A DNA stretch of 30,524 nucleotides from positions 1 to 30,524 of IMG/VR virus record IMGVR_UViG_3300042900_000435; one strand, given 5' to 3'. The DNA is from a virus (Duplodnaviria; Caudoviricetes). The position numbers and the translations under genes are program-made. Position 1 is the first letter of the stretch. Each line of letters begins with the position of its first letter. This document shows positions 8,894 through 18,127 of this stretch, in pieces. The notes under the pieces were generated by a model, which was not told the origin of the DNA, did no database searches, and worked only from the letters and a program-made list of their open reading frames with translations.

Positions 8894-9428
8894 GATACAA
8901 ATCTCGCATCATTTTAATAGCATATTCAAATGCTACACGAGCTTCGTCTCCAAGGTCGTCTGTTAGTGTTTGACGGATGGCCATTTTCATCGCATCGCCA
9001 TTATCAAAGTCGTAGAACTTGCCACTGCTAATATGTGCTACTTGTTTCTTAATGATTTGACCACCGAATAGGTCACCCATATGACGGCAGTATAAATGCG
9101 CCTTAACCAAATGTTTACGTTCCGGATCATTGCCTAGTTTGTGTAAGTATGTCTGATACTCAAGTGTAGCAGGAGTTAGATAACAGTAACTACCGTCGTC
9201 TAATTCTAGAAAGTCTGCAAGAATACCCTTGAGACGAGGAAGGTCTGGCATTGTGACCAGGAACCCCTGACGCTGACAATACCATTCAATAGGATCGTAT
9301 ATGGCCAAAAGATTATAGAGATAATTTCTGTAGTCTTGTTTTTCAATCTTGCCACTCAGCAACATCTTGGCAAACACAGTGGTTTCTGCTTCGTGATGCA
9401 GATCTTTGGTAATCTCTCTTAGACTCAT
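8883..9428 (-). CDS. hemO: Heme oxygenase
   Basis: LREITKDLHHEAE proximal-His motif, AHLYCRHMGDLFGGQII, EARVAFEY. Confidence 0.92.
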   Translation of the reverse strand: MSLREITKDLHHEAETTVFAKMLLSGKIEKQDYRNYLYNLLAIYDPIEWYCQRQGFLVTMPDLPRLKGILADFLELDDGSYCYLTPATLEYQTYLHKLGNDPERKHLVKAHLYCRHMGDLFGGQIIKKQVAHISSGKFYDFDNGDAMKMAIRQTLTDDLGDEARVAFEYAIKMMRDLYRGE

Positions 9429-9724
9429 TCTGGATCCACTAACACACGCAAAGGTGATCCATTCTGACGGGCCACTGCTGTGGCTTCCATGCCTTTTTGT
9501 TCGGCGATTTCAAAACTGTAGACACCTGCAACTCCGCTACCTGTTTCATGTATTTCTAATGTAACTTCTTTGGCAGAAGATTCGGTGTGCTTAAATATTC
9601 CTGTAAGCAGTTCTATAACCAATTCCATTGGGGTGGAATCGTCATTAAGCAGCACCACTTTCCACAAGCTGGGTGGCTGAAGTGCTACAACTACTGATTC
9701 TTCTACTGCGGTATCTGTTGACAT
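9425..9724 (-). CDS. clpS: ATP-dependent Clp protease adaptor ClpS
   Basis: PPSLWKVVLLNDDSTPMELVI...LEIHETGSGVAGVYSFEIAEQK. Confidence 0.92.
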   Translation of the reverse strand: MSTDTAVEESVVVALQPPSLWKVVLLNDDSTPMELVIELLTGIFKHTESSAKEVTLEIHETGSGVAGVYSFEIAEQKGMEATAVARQNGSPLRVLVDPE

Positions 9725-9749
9725 ATCGTTCCTGTGTTCTGTATTTAAT

Positions 9750-9769
9750 AAGGGAGGGTGGCCTCCCTT
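9750..9769 (-). terminator. Hairpin downstream of hsp20 (possible terminator)
   Basis: aagggagg-gtgg-cctccctt perfect 8-bp stem; weak U tract. Confidence 0.5.
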
Positions 9770-9777
9770 ATAGTATA

Positions 9778-10221
9778 CTATTTAATATCGACAATGTCAA
9801 TAACTTTTGGCTTTGCAGACTCGGGAACGTTTCTCACTAATTTAATAGTAAGCATGCCATTCTTTGTTTCTGCACCAACTACTTCAATGTGTTCTGCCAA
9901 TGGAAATTCTTTGGCAAAATCACGAGTAGCAAGACCTCTGTGTAGATATACAATTTCCGGATTCTCATGGCGAATAGATTCTGTTCCTTCGCCCGCAACT
10001 GTAAGAACATTAGATTCCACAGTAACAGAAATTTCCGATTTCTCAAATCCTGTCACAGCAATTTGAATCTCATACTGATTCTCACCAGTCTTGAGAATAT
10101 TGTGTGGCGGATAGTTGTTGGTTACACTATTAGCGTAACGACGTTCCATTTGGTCAAACATGGTGTCGAACCCGACCAGTGCTCTGCTTAGAGCATCTAA
10201 TTTTGTTAATTGATTGTTCAT
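9778..10221 (-). CDS. Small heat shock protein (Hsp20/IbpA-like)
   Basis: GFDTMFD, NYPPHNILK, IAVTGF, YLHRGLATRDF, NGMLTIKL. Confidence 0.95.
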   Translation of the reverse strand: MNNQLTKLDALSRALVGFDTMFDQMERRYANSVTNNYPPHNILKTGENQYEIQIAVTGFEKSEISVTVESNVLTVAGEGTESIRHENPEIVYLHRGLATRDFAKEFPLAEHIEVVGAETKNGMLTIKLVRNVPESAKPKVIDIVDIK

Positions 10222-10226
10222 AATAG

Positions 10227-10244
10227 TCTCCTTTTAAAGTAAGA
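10227..10244 (-). promoter_or_regulatory. SD-sequestering hairpin (ROSE-like thermometer candidate) of hsp20
   Basis: mRNA UCUUACUUUAAAAGGAGA; near-identical element precedes dnaK. Confidence 0.5.
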
Positions 10245-10277
10245 ACAATTGAGGCCTCGAAAGTACCTCGTTTATGA

Positions 10278-12176
10278 TTAGTCTGCCTTCTTCTCTGTGA
10301 AGCTGGCGTCGACTACATCATCTGGGCTAGGCTGGGTAGGCTGTGCTTGTGCCGCCTGTTCCTTGGCCTGCTTTTTCTCTAACAATGTTTTCATTGCCGG
10401 GAAAACCTTGTTAAGCTCTTCGGTGATCTTTTCAGCATCGTCACCTTTAGCTGCTGTTTCAACTGCGGTAATCACTGTTTCAATTTCTGTGACTTCTGCT
10501 TCTGTAAGCTCTGCACGGAATTCCTCAAGATCTTTTTTGACTTCGTGCACCTGTGCTTCTGCTGAATTTCTTGTATCGATCAGCGTACGAGCTTTCTTGT
10601 CTGCTTCTGCATTCAACTCTGCGTCTTTGATCATGGCTTGAATTTCAGCTTCTGATAGTCCACTGTTAGATTTAATAGTGATCTTGTTTTCTTTGCCTGT
10701 GGCCTTGTCTTTGGCTGAGATATGCATGATACCGTTGGCGTCAATGTCAAAGGTAACTTCAACTTGTGGCTGTCCTCTACGTGCAGGAGCAATACCGTCT
10801 AGTTTAAATTCACCTAACAACTTGTTATATTGTACAAGCTCACGTTCGCCTTGGAACACCTTGATATCCACTGCTGGTTGATTATCTTCTGCTGTTGAGA
10901 ATGTCTGCTGTCCTTTAGTCGGAATAGTAGTATTCTTTTGGATGATCTTGGTCATTACACCGCCCATGGTCTCAATGCCCAGGCTCAATGGTGTGACATC
11001 TAACAACAGCACGTCATTGCGATCGCCACCTAGCACAGCACCCTGGATAGCAGCACCAACGGCAACTGCTTCATCTGGATTAACGTCTTTGCGTGGTGCT
11101 TTGCCAAACAGTTTCTCAACTTCTTCTTGTACCTTAGGCATGCGTGTCTGGCCACCTACTAAGATGACTTCGTCGATGTCTGAGGCACTCACGCCTGCAT
11201 CCTTGAGAGCAATACGGCATGGCTCTAATGAACGTGTGATTAGTTCGTCAACCAGTTGTTCTAGTTTACTACGTGTGATCTTAACATTCATGTGTTTAGG
11301 ACCGGTAGCATCTGCTGTGATGTAAGGAAGGTTGACATCTGTCTGAGCCGAACTTGACAATTCAATCTTGGCTTTTTCAGCAGCGTCTTTCAAACGTTGT
11401 AGGGCCAACATGTCTTTGCTTAGATCCACACCTGCTTCTTTCTTGAACTCATCCACCAGATAGTCCATGATGCGTTGGTCAAAGTCTTCACCACCTAAGA
11501 ATGTATCTCCGTTGGTGCTTAATACTTCAATCTGCTTGTCCCCGTCTACATTCGCGATTTCGATGATCGACACATCGAAAGTACCGCCACCAAGGTCGTA
11601 AACAGCAATTTTCCTATCAGCTTTGTCATCTTTATCAACACCATAAGCAAGAGCTGCCGCAGTAGGCTCATTGATAATACGAAGTACCTCCAAGCCTGCG
11701 ATCTTTCCAGCATCTTTAGTGGCCTGTCTTTGGCTGTCGTTAAAATACGCTGGAACTGTGATAACTGCTTGAGTAACTGTTGTACCAAGATAATCCTCCG
11801 CTGTCTGTTTCATTTTACGCAGAACTTCTGCTGAAATCTGTGGAGGTGCTAGTTCTTTGTCTTGTGCCCTAACCCATGCATCGCCATTACTATTTTCATA
11901 GATTTCGTAGGGCATGAGGTCGAGGTCTTTTTGCACAGCCTGTTCTTTGAACTTGCGACCGATCAGTCGTTTGCTGGCATAAATTGTGTTCTTGGGATTT
12001 GTTACTGCCTGACGCTTGGCTGAAGCGCCAACAATGATTTCGTCTTGTGTATAGGCTACGATTGAGGGCGTAGTTCTAGCACCTTCTGAATTTTCAATAA
12101 CTTTGGATTTTCCATTCTCGATAACAGCCACGCATGAGTTGGTGGTGCCGAGGTCAATACCGATGATCTTAGACAT
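10278..12176 (-). CDS. dnaK: Chaperone DnaK (Hsp70)
   Basis: [55 protein letters not shown]. Confidence 0.99.
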   Translation of the reverse strand: MSKIIGIDLGTTNSCVAVIENGKSKVIENSEGARTTPSIVAYTQDEIIVGASAKRQAVTNPKNTIYASKRLIGRKFKEQAVQKDLDLMPYEIYENSNGDAWVRAQDKELAPPQISAEVLRKMKQTAEDYLGTTVTQAVITVPAYFNDSQRQATKDAGKIAGLEVLRIINEPTAAALAYGVDKDDKADRKIAVYDLGGGTFDVSIIEIANVDGDKQIEVLSTNGDTFLGGEDFDQRIMDYLVDEFKKEAGVDLSKDMLALQRLKDAAEKAKIELSSSAQTDVNLPYITADATGPKHMNVKITRSKLEQLVDELITRSLEPCRIALKDAGVSASDIDEVILVGGQTRMPKVQEEVEKLFGKAPRKDVNPDEAVAVGAAIQGAVLGGDRNDVLLLDVTPLSLGIETMGGVMTKIIQKNTTIPTKGQQTFSTAEDNQPAVDIKVFQGERELVQYNKLLGEFKLDGIAPARRGQPQVEVTFDIDANGIMHISAKDKATGKENKITIKSNSGLSEAEIQAMIKDAELNAEADKKARTLIDTRNSAEAQVHEVKKDLEEFRAELTEAEVTEIETVITAVETAAKGDDAEKITEELNKVFPAMKTLLEKKQAKEQAAQAQPTQPSPDDVVDASFTEKKAD

Positions 12177-12181
12177 GTTCT

Positions 12182-12200
12182 ATCTCCTTTAAAGTAAGAT
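12182..12200 (-). promoter_or_regulatory. SD-sequestering hairpin (ROSE-like thermometer candidate) of dnaK
   Basis: mRNA AUCUUACUUUAAAGGAGAU; two further hairpins and an exact TATAAATA lie upstream (about 12254-12261). Confidence 0.5.
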
Positions 12201-12261
12201 CTATTTGAGCACTATGCTCTATGAACTGCCCTTGACGGTGCAATTCACAATTTTATTTATA

Positions 12262-12546
12262 TCAGATATTCTCTAGATTCTGAATATTTGACCACTTTTT
12301 TAATTTTTCACGTTTAGCTTCAGCTGCACGATCAATATTTGTCCAGCTCACAATATCCATGCTGTGCAAGATATCGATCATGGTTATCATGTCGCCCAGC
12401 TCTTCTTCTAGGTGTGCCCTATTGGTTTTAGGTTTGCCCGGCTTGTAATTATCAAGCCCGAAGCGGCTGATTTTACTTACCGCTTGTATAACTTCAGCAC
12501 ATTCTTCTTGGAGAATGTCCATTACTTCTTTGGTTTGACTGTCCAT
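12262..12546 (-). CDS. MazG-like nucleotide pyrophosphohydrolase
   Basis: LQEECAEVIQAVSK...LEEELGD (EExxE...EExxD). Confidence 0.85.
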   Translation of the reverse strand: MDSQTKEVMDILQEECAEVIQAVSKISRFGLDNYKPGKPKTNRAHLEEELGDMITMIDILHSMDIVSWTNIDRAAEAKREKLKKWSNIQNLENI

Positions 12547-12549
12547 ATA

Positions 12550-13131
12550 TTACCTTTGATTTGCAAATGGTGCGATATAGTTACCGTCGCTCATTGTGCT
12601 GGTCCGCAGAGCTTTGTAGACATTTTGCACACCCACTGCTTGATTCCACGCATCTTCGAGAGCATGATGTTTTAGCACTGGAGGACGGTTGGGATTAATG
12701 CCTACATCAAAAATTGTACGGGTGTCACGAACTTCCCAGAAGCTCCACGGAATAGCTTTGCCGATTTTACGGAAATACCATTCTAGGATCGTAACGTCAA
12801 ATCCTGCACCGTGACTCCATACTCGTTTTCCGCCCCAACAAAACTTATACAGTTGTGTCATTGCTTCTTCAATAGATACTCTGTTTGCAGGATCAAATGC
12901 TTCGTTCTGAGCTTCCTGGCTTTGGTTGGCCCACCAATCTAAGGTAGCCTGTGATACCGTAGCACCAATCCGATCACAGCTATCAACATCAACACGGACA
13001 TAAAATTTCTCACATTTCTTTTCGTTTACATCGTCACCAAATGGATCAAATTTAACTGCTCCAATGGTAAGGATTGTGGCGGAGGGAAGGACGTCAAGCG
13101 TCTCCAAGTCTATCATAATATCTGTGTTCAT
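12550..13131 (-). CDS. DEDDh 3'-5' exonuclease (Rv2179c/RNase AS-like exoribonuclease)
   Basis: IMIDLETL, VWSHGAGFDVTIL, RDTRT, HHALEDA. Confidence 0.88.
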   Translation of the reverse strand: MNTDIMIDLETLDVLPSATILTIGAVKFDPFGDDVNEKKCEKFYVRVDVDSCDRIGATVSQATLDWWANQSQEAQNEAFDPANRVSIEEAMTQLYKFCWGGKRVWSHGAGFDVTILEWYFRKIGKAIPWSFWEVRDTRTIFDVGINPNRPPVLKHHALEDAWNQAVGVQNVYKALRTSTMSDGNYIAPFANQR

Positions 13132-13137
13132 ACAGTT

Positions 13138-13166
13138 ATTATACTACCTTTCTGACCAATGGTCAA
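13138..13166 (-). promoter_or_regulatory. Sigma70 promoter giving a probably leaderless exonuclease mRNA
   Basis: TTGACC-17-TATAAT ending 6 nt before ATG 13131. Confidence 0.75.
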
Positions 13167-13169
13167 TGA

Positions 13170-13406
13170 TTAAAACAGTTTAGGGGGAAGTTGTTGATCG
13201 CGGAGTTTTTTACGCCAACGTGCTTTGGCAGCACCTTTTTTGCGTTTGCGTTCAGTGGTAGGTTTTTCGTAGAATTCTTTGGCACGTAGAGTGTCCAGTG
13301 TGCCAGCTTCTTCGATTTTCTTTTTAAATCGACGCAGAGCCTGATTGATGTTTTCGTTTTCTTTGACTACAACACCAGTGCCTTTTGATTTACTAAATCT
13401 ATTCAT
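13170..13406 (-). CDS. rpsU: Ribosomal protein bS21
   Basis: [18 protein letters not shown]...[20 protein letters not shown]. Confidence 0.93.
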   Translation of the reverse strand: MNRFSKSKGTGVVVKENENINQALRRFKKKIEEAGTLDTLRAKEFYEKPTTERKRKKGAAKARWRKKLRDQQLPPKLF

Positions 13407-13794
13407 GATGATTTGAGACTTTCTCCAATAAAGTTAAAATTTCTTCAACACTGTATATAGCACGATCGTTGACCATATGTAAATCTTTTAGATTGCCAAA
13501 ATAGTAAGATCGTGGTTGAGCCGCTACCCAACCTATGATTAATTCGATAGCACCATTATTTTCAGGAGAAGCGTTGAATATAATCAAATCACCTTTGACA
13601 ATTTTGTCCATTAACCATGCAATAGGGTCTCCCATTTTCCAAACATAGTTTATGATGGTATGGGGCAGCGTGGCCTGCATCAATGCGTTGGAAACGATAG
13701 CACTGTGTTCTTCTGTGAGTTCTACATGAACAATTCGAATACCTTGTAACAAGGTATCGTCAGGCGAAGTAACAACTAGAATACGGTCACTCAT
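13399..13794 (-). CDS. Hypothetical protein (start probably MSDRIL at 13794)
   Basis: ATGA overlap with the upstream gene; co-oriented; no recognisable motif. Confidence 0.7.
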   Translation of the reverse strand: MSDRILVVTSPDDTLLQGIRIVHVELTEEHSAIVSNALMQATLPHTIINYVWKMGDPIAWLMDKIVKGDLIIFNASPENNGAIELIIGWVAAQPRSYYFGNLKDLHMVNDRAIYSVEEILTLLEKVSNHHE

Positions 13795-15257
13795 TTTTTG
13801 GCGTCTTGAATTCGTTGCCAAATGGTACGTTCACTCTGTTCAGCATTCTGTTGATAGTTTTCTTTGATACGTTTGATCTGGTTGCCCTGTTCATCATGTT
13901 CCATCCACGACACATCAGAAACACCACGTTCTTCAGCCCACTCTTTGGCCTTTGCTGCTTCTTCTATGTCGGGATTTTCATCGGCCCATTTCTTGGCTTC
14001 TACAGCAGCTTCATCCACAAAGTCTGCCTGAGGTTTGAGATAATTTTCCCAAGGCAACTGATCTATGATGCCTTTTGCCAACAACTGTCTTTGAAACTTA
14101 AGACTAGAATCCGGATGATCATGTTTCCACGCTGTCATAGCCGCAGCTTCCGATGTGGTTGCCGCTTCTAATATTTCTGAGTCTTTGATCTCACGTTCTT
14201 GTTCTACAGCTTTCTCAGCTTCTGCAATCATTTTGTTCCATTGCTCAAGCGGTATGTCTTCTACCGTTTCTGCTGGCTTTTCCTCTGTTGCTGTTATATC
14301 ACCTCCTAGTGCAGTCAACGGTGTTTCGCCTGGAACTTTTTCTGTGTGTGTTTGTGCTGGTGGAAACGGCCAAAATGCGCTCGGTGTTCCGTAAAACGAG
14401 ATTGTTTCTTCTTTGGGTTCTATCTCTGGTTCTTCAGTTACGACTTCTGTTTTAACAATCTCCGGAGTTTCTTCTTCTTGTTTTCGGAACCATTGGAAAC
14501 TGTATTGGCTTGCTAGCAGTAAAATAACAGCCAACGGATCAAATACAATAACAATAATAATAATTACCCATGTTACTGCTTTTTCTAATACGTTAGCATC
14601 TGGATTATCACCGTAGATAAAATTGGCAATATATTTTATTGGTCCAACTTCTGCTTCTACTTTGCGGACCTCAGCGGCAATCGGTGCCCTCTCTTCAGAT
14701 AGTTGACTAATAATTTTCTGTTCGGCTGCAATCTCAGTTTGGAGACGAGCACGTTCTTTTTGTTGGCCTCTTCGAATCGCAACTGCTTTGTCGGCACCTT
14801 TTTCGTCACTGCTTCGACCCATGACTTGGTCCACAGCCTCATCCATCTGTTTAAGCGCCTTACGGTTCGCATCTATATTATCCTTGGCAGTTTTAATCTT
14901 TTCGTCGTAGACGGCTATTCTACTCTGCACATCACCTGATACAAGACTTTGATCACTGTGTGCTTTAGACAAGAAGCCAAAAATACCCATACTAGTGATT
15001 AACATCAATATGGCAATGGCTGCTAGCAGATAGGCTCGAATAAAATACGGTGCTCTAGTCCAATTTTGTTTGAGCCATACAGTGCCAGCCAGTTTGCTGA
15101 CTTCCAAGGCCACTCCCATCACGATGATGGGAATAACTGCCGCAGAGAATATGGCCACAAGTCCAGCCACGCTGTAATAGATGGCCACTGCAGATACCGT
15201 TAATCCGCTGATTAAGGTTGACCATGCAATGAATTTGTCGCTTGTATGTATTCTCAT
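13791..15257 (-). CDS. Membrane protein with three N-terminal TMs, a coiled coil, a fourth TM and an acidic tail
   Basis: Hydrophobic segments around aa 10-55, 75-95 and 228-250; heptad-rich middle; E/K-rich C-terminus. Confidence 0.75.
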   Translation of the reverse strand: MRIHTSDKFIAWSTLISGLTVSAVAIYYSVAGLVAIFSAAVIPIIVMGVALEVSKLAGTVWLKQNWTRAPYFIRAYLLAAIAILMLITSMGIFGFLSKAHSDQSLVSGDVQSRIAVYDEKIKTAKDNIDANRKALKQMDEAVDQVMGRSSDEKGADKAVAIRRGQQKERARLQTEIAAEQKIISQLSEERAPIAAEVRKVEAEVGPIKYIANFIYGDNPDANVLEKAVTWVIIIIVIVFDPLAVILLLASQYSFQWFRKQEEETPEIVKTEVVTEEPEIEPKEETISFYGTPSAFWPFPPAQTHTEKVPGETPLTALGGDITATEEKPAETVEDIPLEQWNKMIAEAEKAVEQEREIKDSEILEAATTSEAAAMTAWKHDHPDSSLKFQRQLLAKGIIDQLPWENYLKPQADFVDEAAVEAKKWADENPDIEEAAKAKEWAEERGVSDVSWMEHDEQGNQIKRIKENYQQNAEQSERTIWQRIQDAKK

Positions 15258-15267
15258 GAACTAATAT

Positions 15268-15696
15268 TTAGCTGGACCAGTGCCACCTATTATCTACTTC
15301 GTTAAAGCAGGCAGTGGTTTGTAGATCTTTCTGCATGTTATGTGCAATAACACTCACGTGCAGGCGTTTGCATAATGCGCCATTTCTAGGAAACTGCCAT
15401 GCCACTCTAACTGTGCCGCTGGCGTTGTTCTTATACCATCTGGAGAATTGACCAGGTTGAACTTCCTCCAGAGCCAATATCAGCGAACTATAATAGGCAT
15501 CTTTCTGATCAGCATCAAGACCTTTGAACCAACCAAAACTGATATTGAGAATTTGTTCCAGCAAAGGTCCGTTGGTCTCTGGATAGAACTTGGGATTTTC
15601 TATGTTAATTGTCTGTGCGTTAGTGGACGTATTCATAACCAACAACAGCGCCGTTGTGGTCAAGAATCTGACAGCTTTTGATTTGTAGGTTAACAA
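15268..15696 (-). CDS. Exported 17-kDa surface antigen-like (RT0821/Lpp0805-like) protein; start probably TTG 15696
   Basis: GGAGA RBS before TTG; signal peptide; ALEEVQPGQFSRW...SGTV...CKRL...TACF...RW pattern. Confidence 0.6.
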   Translation of the reverse strand: MLTYKSKAVRFLTTTALLLVMNTSTNAQTINIENPKFYPETNGPLLEQILNISFGWFKGLDADQKDAYYSSLILALEEVQPGQFSRWYKNNASGTVRVAWQFPRNGALCKRLHVSVIAHNMQKDLQTTACFNEVDNRWHWSS

Positions 15697-15967
15697 GTTT
15701 ATCTCCAGATTGAACAGTTCTATTTGCGATACCACAATGACCAGCCATGCCCATTCTCACAGCAGTGAGCCGTTTGAATTGATCGTCGGTGCATTCAACC
15801 AAAGTTTCGCTGTTTACACGTTCACCATTCTGAGTCTTGATGGTTTGGCTGGTATGGCAGTATTGAGGTTTCTGTGCCTGCACCTTGGGAGCTGAGCCGC
15901 ATCCGGTCAACGCCAAGACACAAGCCAACAGAAATGTGGGCATCACCGCGATAGCAAGAGCTCGCAT
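15620..15967 (-). CDS. Cys-rich lipoprotein
   Basis: Lipobox ALTGC; TAATG overlap with the upstream gene. Confidence 0.7.
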   Translation of the reverse strand: MRALAIAVMPTFLLACVLALTGCGSAPKVQAQKPQYCHTSQTIKTQNGERVNSETLVECTDDQFKRLTAVRMGMAGHCGIANRTVQSGDKLVNLQIKSCQILDHNGAVVGYEYVH

Positions 15968-16446
15968 TATTGTGCCCTTGCTTGCTTGGCTTCGGCGATC
16001 AACTGCTCGAATACGTCTTTCTTCATTTCAAGACGAGCATAAGTGTAATGACGTCCGTTCATGGTAAAATGACCTTTTTCGGTTTTTACATGTTTGCGGA
16101 TAGCAGTATCTGTGACTTTGTAAGAAATCATAGTGCGAGTAGTTTTCTTGTCATTAACAATGTCAATCACAGTTTCAGAATTTACAGAACCGTTGATGCG
16201 TTTTGCAAAGTTGTTCATGGCAATGGCATCCATCTGTTCTTCTGCTGCCTGTGCGTGAATCGATTCACCTGCACCGCAGGCATAGACCATGTCTTCTTTC
16301 CACCAGAACCAACCCTTGACGCCTTCTTGAGCGCAGTCTTGATACCAACTAGGTTGCGCATAGGTCTTGCGATCTGGGATATCTTTCATTGAAGAACACC
16401 CTGTAACGGCTGCTGCCAATAAGCCTACTAAAATTGCCTTTTTCAT
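15967..16446 (-). CDS. Lipoprotein (LPP20-like); true start MKKAIL at 16446
   Basis: Lipobox AVTGC; PSWY and GAGES...AAEEQMDAIA LPP20-like pattern; promoter and RBS upstream of 16446. Confidence 0.7.
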   Translation of the reverse strand: MKKAILVGLLAAAVTGCSSMKDIPDRKTYAQPSWYQDCAQEGVKGWFWWKEDMVYACGAGESIHAQAAEEQMDAIAMNNFAKRINGSVNSETVIDIVNDKKTTRTMISYKVTDTAIRKHVKTEKGHFTMNGRHYTYARLEMKKDVFEQLIAEAKQARAQ

Positions 16447-16479
16447 CGTTTGCCTTTCTGTGTGTGTAACGATAACAAT

Positions 16480-16508
16480 AGTATAGCACCACAGCCGACC
16501 AAAGTCAA
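16480..16508 (-). promoter_or_regulatory. Sigma70 promoter
   Basis: TTGACT-17-TATACT with TG extended -10. Confidence 0.75.
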
Positions 16509-16525
16509 CCGGGTGCCTTACCAAT

Positions 16526-16825
16526 TTACTTGAAGAAGATCAGGGCCATTAGCACAGCCTGGACAATAAATCCAAATCCAATAGTGACAATGTTCAACAT
16601 GTCTTTTTGGATTGTGGCTTTGACGAACAACAGAGTCAATCCTGTCCAAACCAACAACACCAAATCCACACCCGGTAGTTTATCGGTCAGTCCTGCCATC
16701 ACTGCCAACATGCTAGGCACCGTGGCGGAGTGCAGAACAATAGCCGCAAGCCAACCAAATGTTTCTGCTGAGATCACAGAGATTTTGGTTTGAACAAAGG
16801 CTTTGACTTGATTGATGTCGATCAT
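16526..16825 (-). CDS. Three-TM small membrane protein, SemiSWEET/PQ-loop-like (start MIDINQ at 16825)
   Basis: GWLAAIVLHSATVPS followed by two more TMs; AAAGGA RBS; ATGA overlap with the sleB-like gene. Confidence 0.6.
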   Translation of the reverse strand: MIDINQVKAFVQTKISVISAETFGWLAAIVLHSATVPSMLAVMAGLTDKLPGVDLVLLVWTGLTLLFVKATIQKDMLNIVTIGFGFIVQAVLMALIFFK

Positions 16826-17376
16826 ATTTTGATTCCTTTCTGTTTGTAAAAAATGTGCTGTCCGATTTGACCTATTTTGTCTAACGGCCATCTTGGGTTA
16901 ACGTAGGTGGCATGATAATACAAAGCATCTTTGAGAATAGACAATCTAAATCCTTCCAAAAGAACTTTTTTAGCGACTTCATAGCTTTCATTGTATGCTT
17001 CCTTGTTGATTGGTCTGTTTCTATGTACCGAGTCACATGCCCATGAGAATTGACATACAACTTTTTCCATGAATACATTTTTTTGGTATACTACTCCGCA
17101 GACATCGTTGCCAAATTTTCCAGCGGCTACCCGATTCATAGTTACCTGCGCCACTGCTACTTTACCTTCGAAGGGCTCATACCCTGCTTCACGATAAATG
17201 TTGATGGCCAAACAGTCCAACTGTTTTTCACGTGTTTGTATTGAAACCACGTCCTTGCTGTAGGCACCATTCTGTTGTTTCAGCTGTTGAAACTTAGCAG
17301 TGGTCATGTTAGTAACTAACCATACCACAGCGATCACTCCTAATACATAGGATACTACTTTAAATGATTTTTCCAT
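16822..17376 (-). CDS. SleB-like cell wall hydrolase (Hydrolase_2) with N-terminal TM
   Basis: CLAINIYREA.GE..EGKVAVAQVTMNRV, CQFSW, ALYYHATYVNPRW, IGQHIFY. Confidence 0.92.
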   Translation of the reverse strand: MEKSFKVVSYVLGVIAVVWLVTNMTTAKFQQLKQQNGAYSKDVVSIQTREKQLDCLAINIYREAGYEPFEGKVAVAQVTMNRVAAGKFGNDVCGVVYQKNVFMEKVVCQFSWACDSVHRNRPINKEAYNESYEVAKKVLLEGFRLSILKDALYYHATYVNPRWPLDKIGQIGQHIFYKQKGIKI

Positions 17377-17630
17377 AAGTCCTCCTTTGACTTGGTGTAA
17401 TCCAAAATACAGATTACATTACATAAAGGGAGTTAACTTCACGAGGCTCTGAAAGAACCCTACTTTCGTGTAGTTGTCTCCATTGGACGCACAATCTCAT
17501 AACTTGTGTGCCTCTGGCGACCCTTGGCATCCCGAAAATACGGGTTTCTCATTGGCCAAGACCCGCGGAATCGTTTCTGCTTTTGACATACTTTGATTCA
17601 ACTATCTTAGTTTCTTTGCGAAACGTTTAA
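17377..17630 (-). ncRNA. Candidate structured 5' leader / cis-regulatory RNA of the hydrolase
   Basis: About 250 nt non-coding with at least five stems: 17523-28/17555-60, 17531-34/17541-44, 17489-94/17504-09, 17435-44/17466-75, 17396-402/17412-18. Confidence 0.55.
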
Positions 17631-17635
17631 TATAT

Positions 17636-17664
17636 ATCATACTTTCTTTCTTTCAAGTTGTAAA
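17636..17664 (-). promoter_or_regulatory. Sigma70 promoter driving the structured leader
   Basis: TTTACA-17-TATGAT. Confidence 0.6.
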
Positions 17665-17671
17665 CCGGCGG

Positions 17672-18067
17672 TTATCGACGCATTTTGGAGATATCTACAG
17701 CTTCTTCATCACTAAACACCGGAACGGCATTGCTCTTGTGCATTGTGGCAATGCCTTTGACTTTGGTTCCTGTGTAGATTGGACTGGCTTTCAACACAGC
17801 GTTACCACCGGTATCTACACTTTTAATGTGTGCTGTGGTATTACGGCCTTCTGGAATTTTCAAACTGTATGAACTGCTCAAACTAGGAGCACTCAATCCA
17901 CGAGTTCGTTTCTTTTCTTCGGCCTCTATGCCCCATTTTTTCTGCAATTCTTTCCAAGATTCATCCAATTCACGAGTTTTGCGGGCATGATCTGCAGAAG
18001 CAAATTTCTTCTTGCCTTTTTTCTTGCCTGTGGTTGACAGCCACGGACCTTCTAAATGCATGCTCAA
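17672..18067 (-). CDS. Basic hypothetical protein of a type common in large myophages
   Basis: C-terminal YTGTKVKGIATMHKSNAVPVF motif; AGGAG RBS; own promoter. Confidence 0.75.
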   Translation of the reverse strand: MSMHLEGPWLSTTGKKKGKKKFASADHARKTRELDESWKELQKKWGIEAEEKKRTRGLSAPSLSSSYSLKIPEGRNTTAHIKSVDTGGNAVLKASPIYTGTKVKGIATMHKSNAVPVFSDEEAVDISKMRR

Positions 18068-18098
18068 AATAGAACTCCTAAAAATTTACTGTAGTCTT

Positions 18099-18127
18099 AT
18101 TATAACGTCTTTGTCAGTGTTTGTCAA
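18099..18127 (-). promoter_or_regulatory. Perfect-consensus sigma70 promoter
   Basis: TTGACA-17-TATAAT. Confidence 0.85.

Noticed and set aside
17377-17630. RNase P RNA or canonical c-di-GMP/c-di-AMP riboswitch
   Set aside because: No GAGGAAAGUCC P4 motif or GEMM core, and only a partial resemblance to ydaO; kept as an unclassified structured leader
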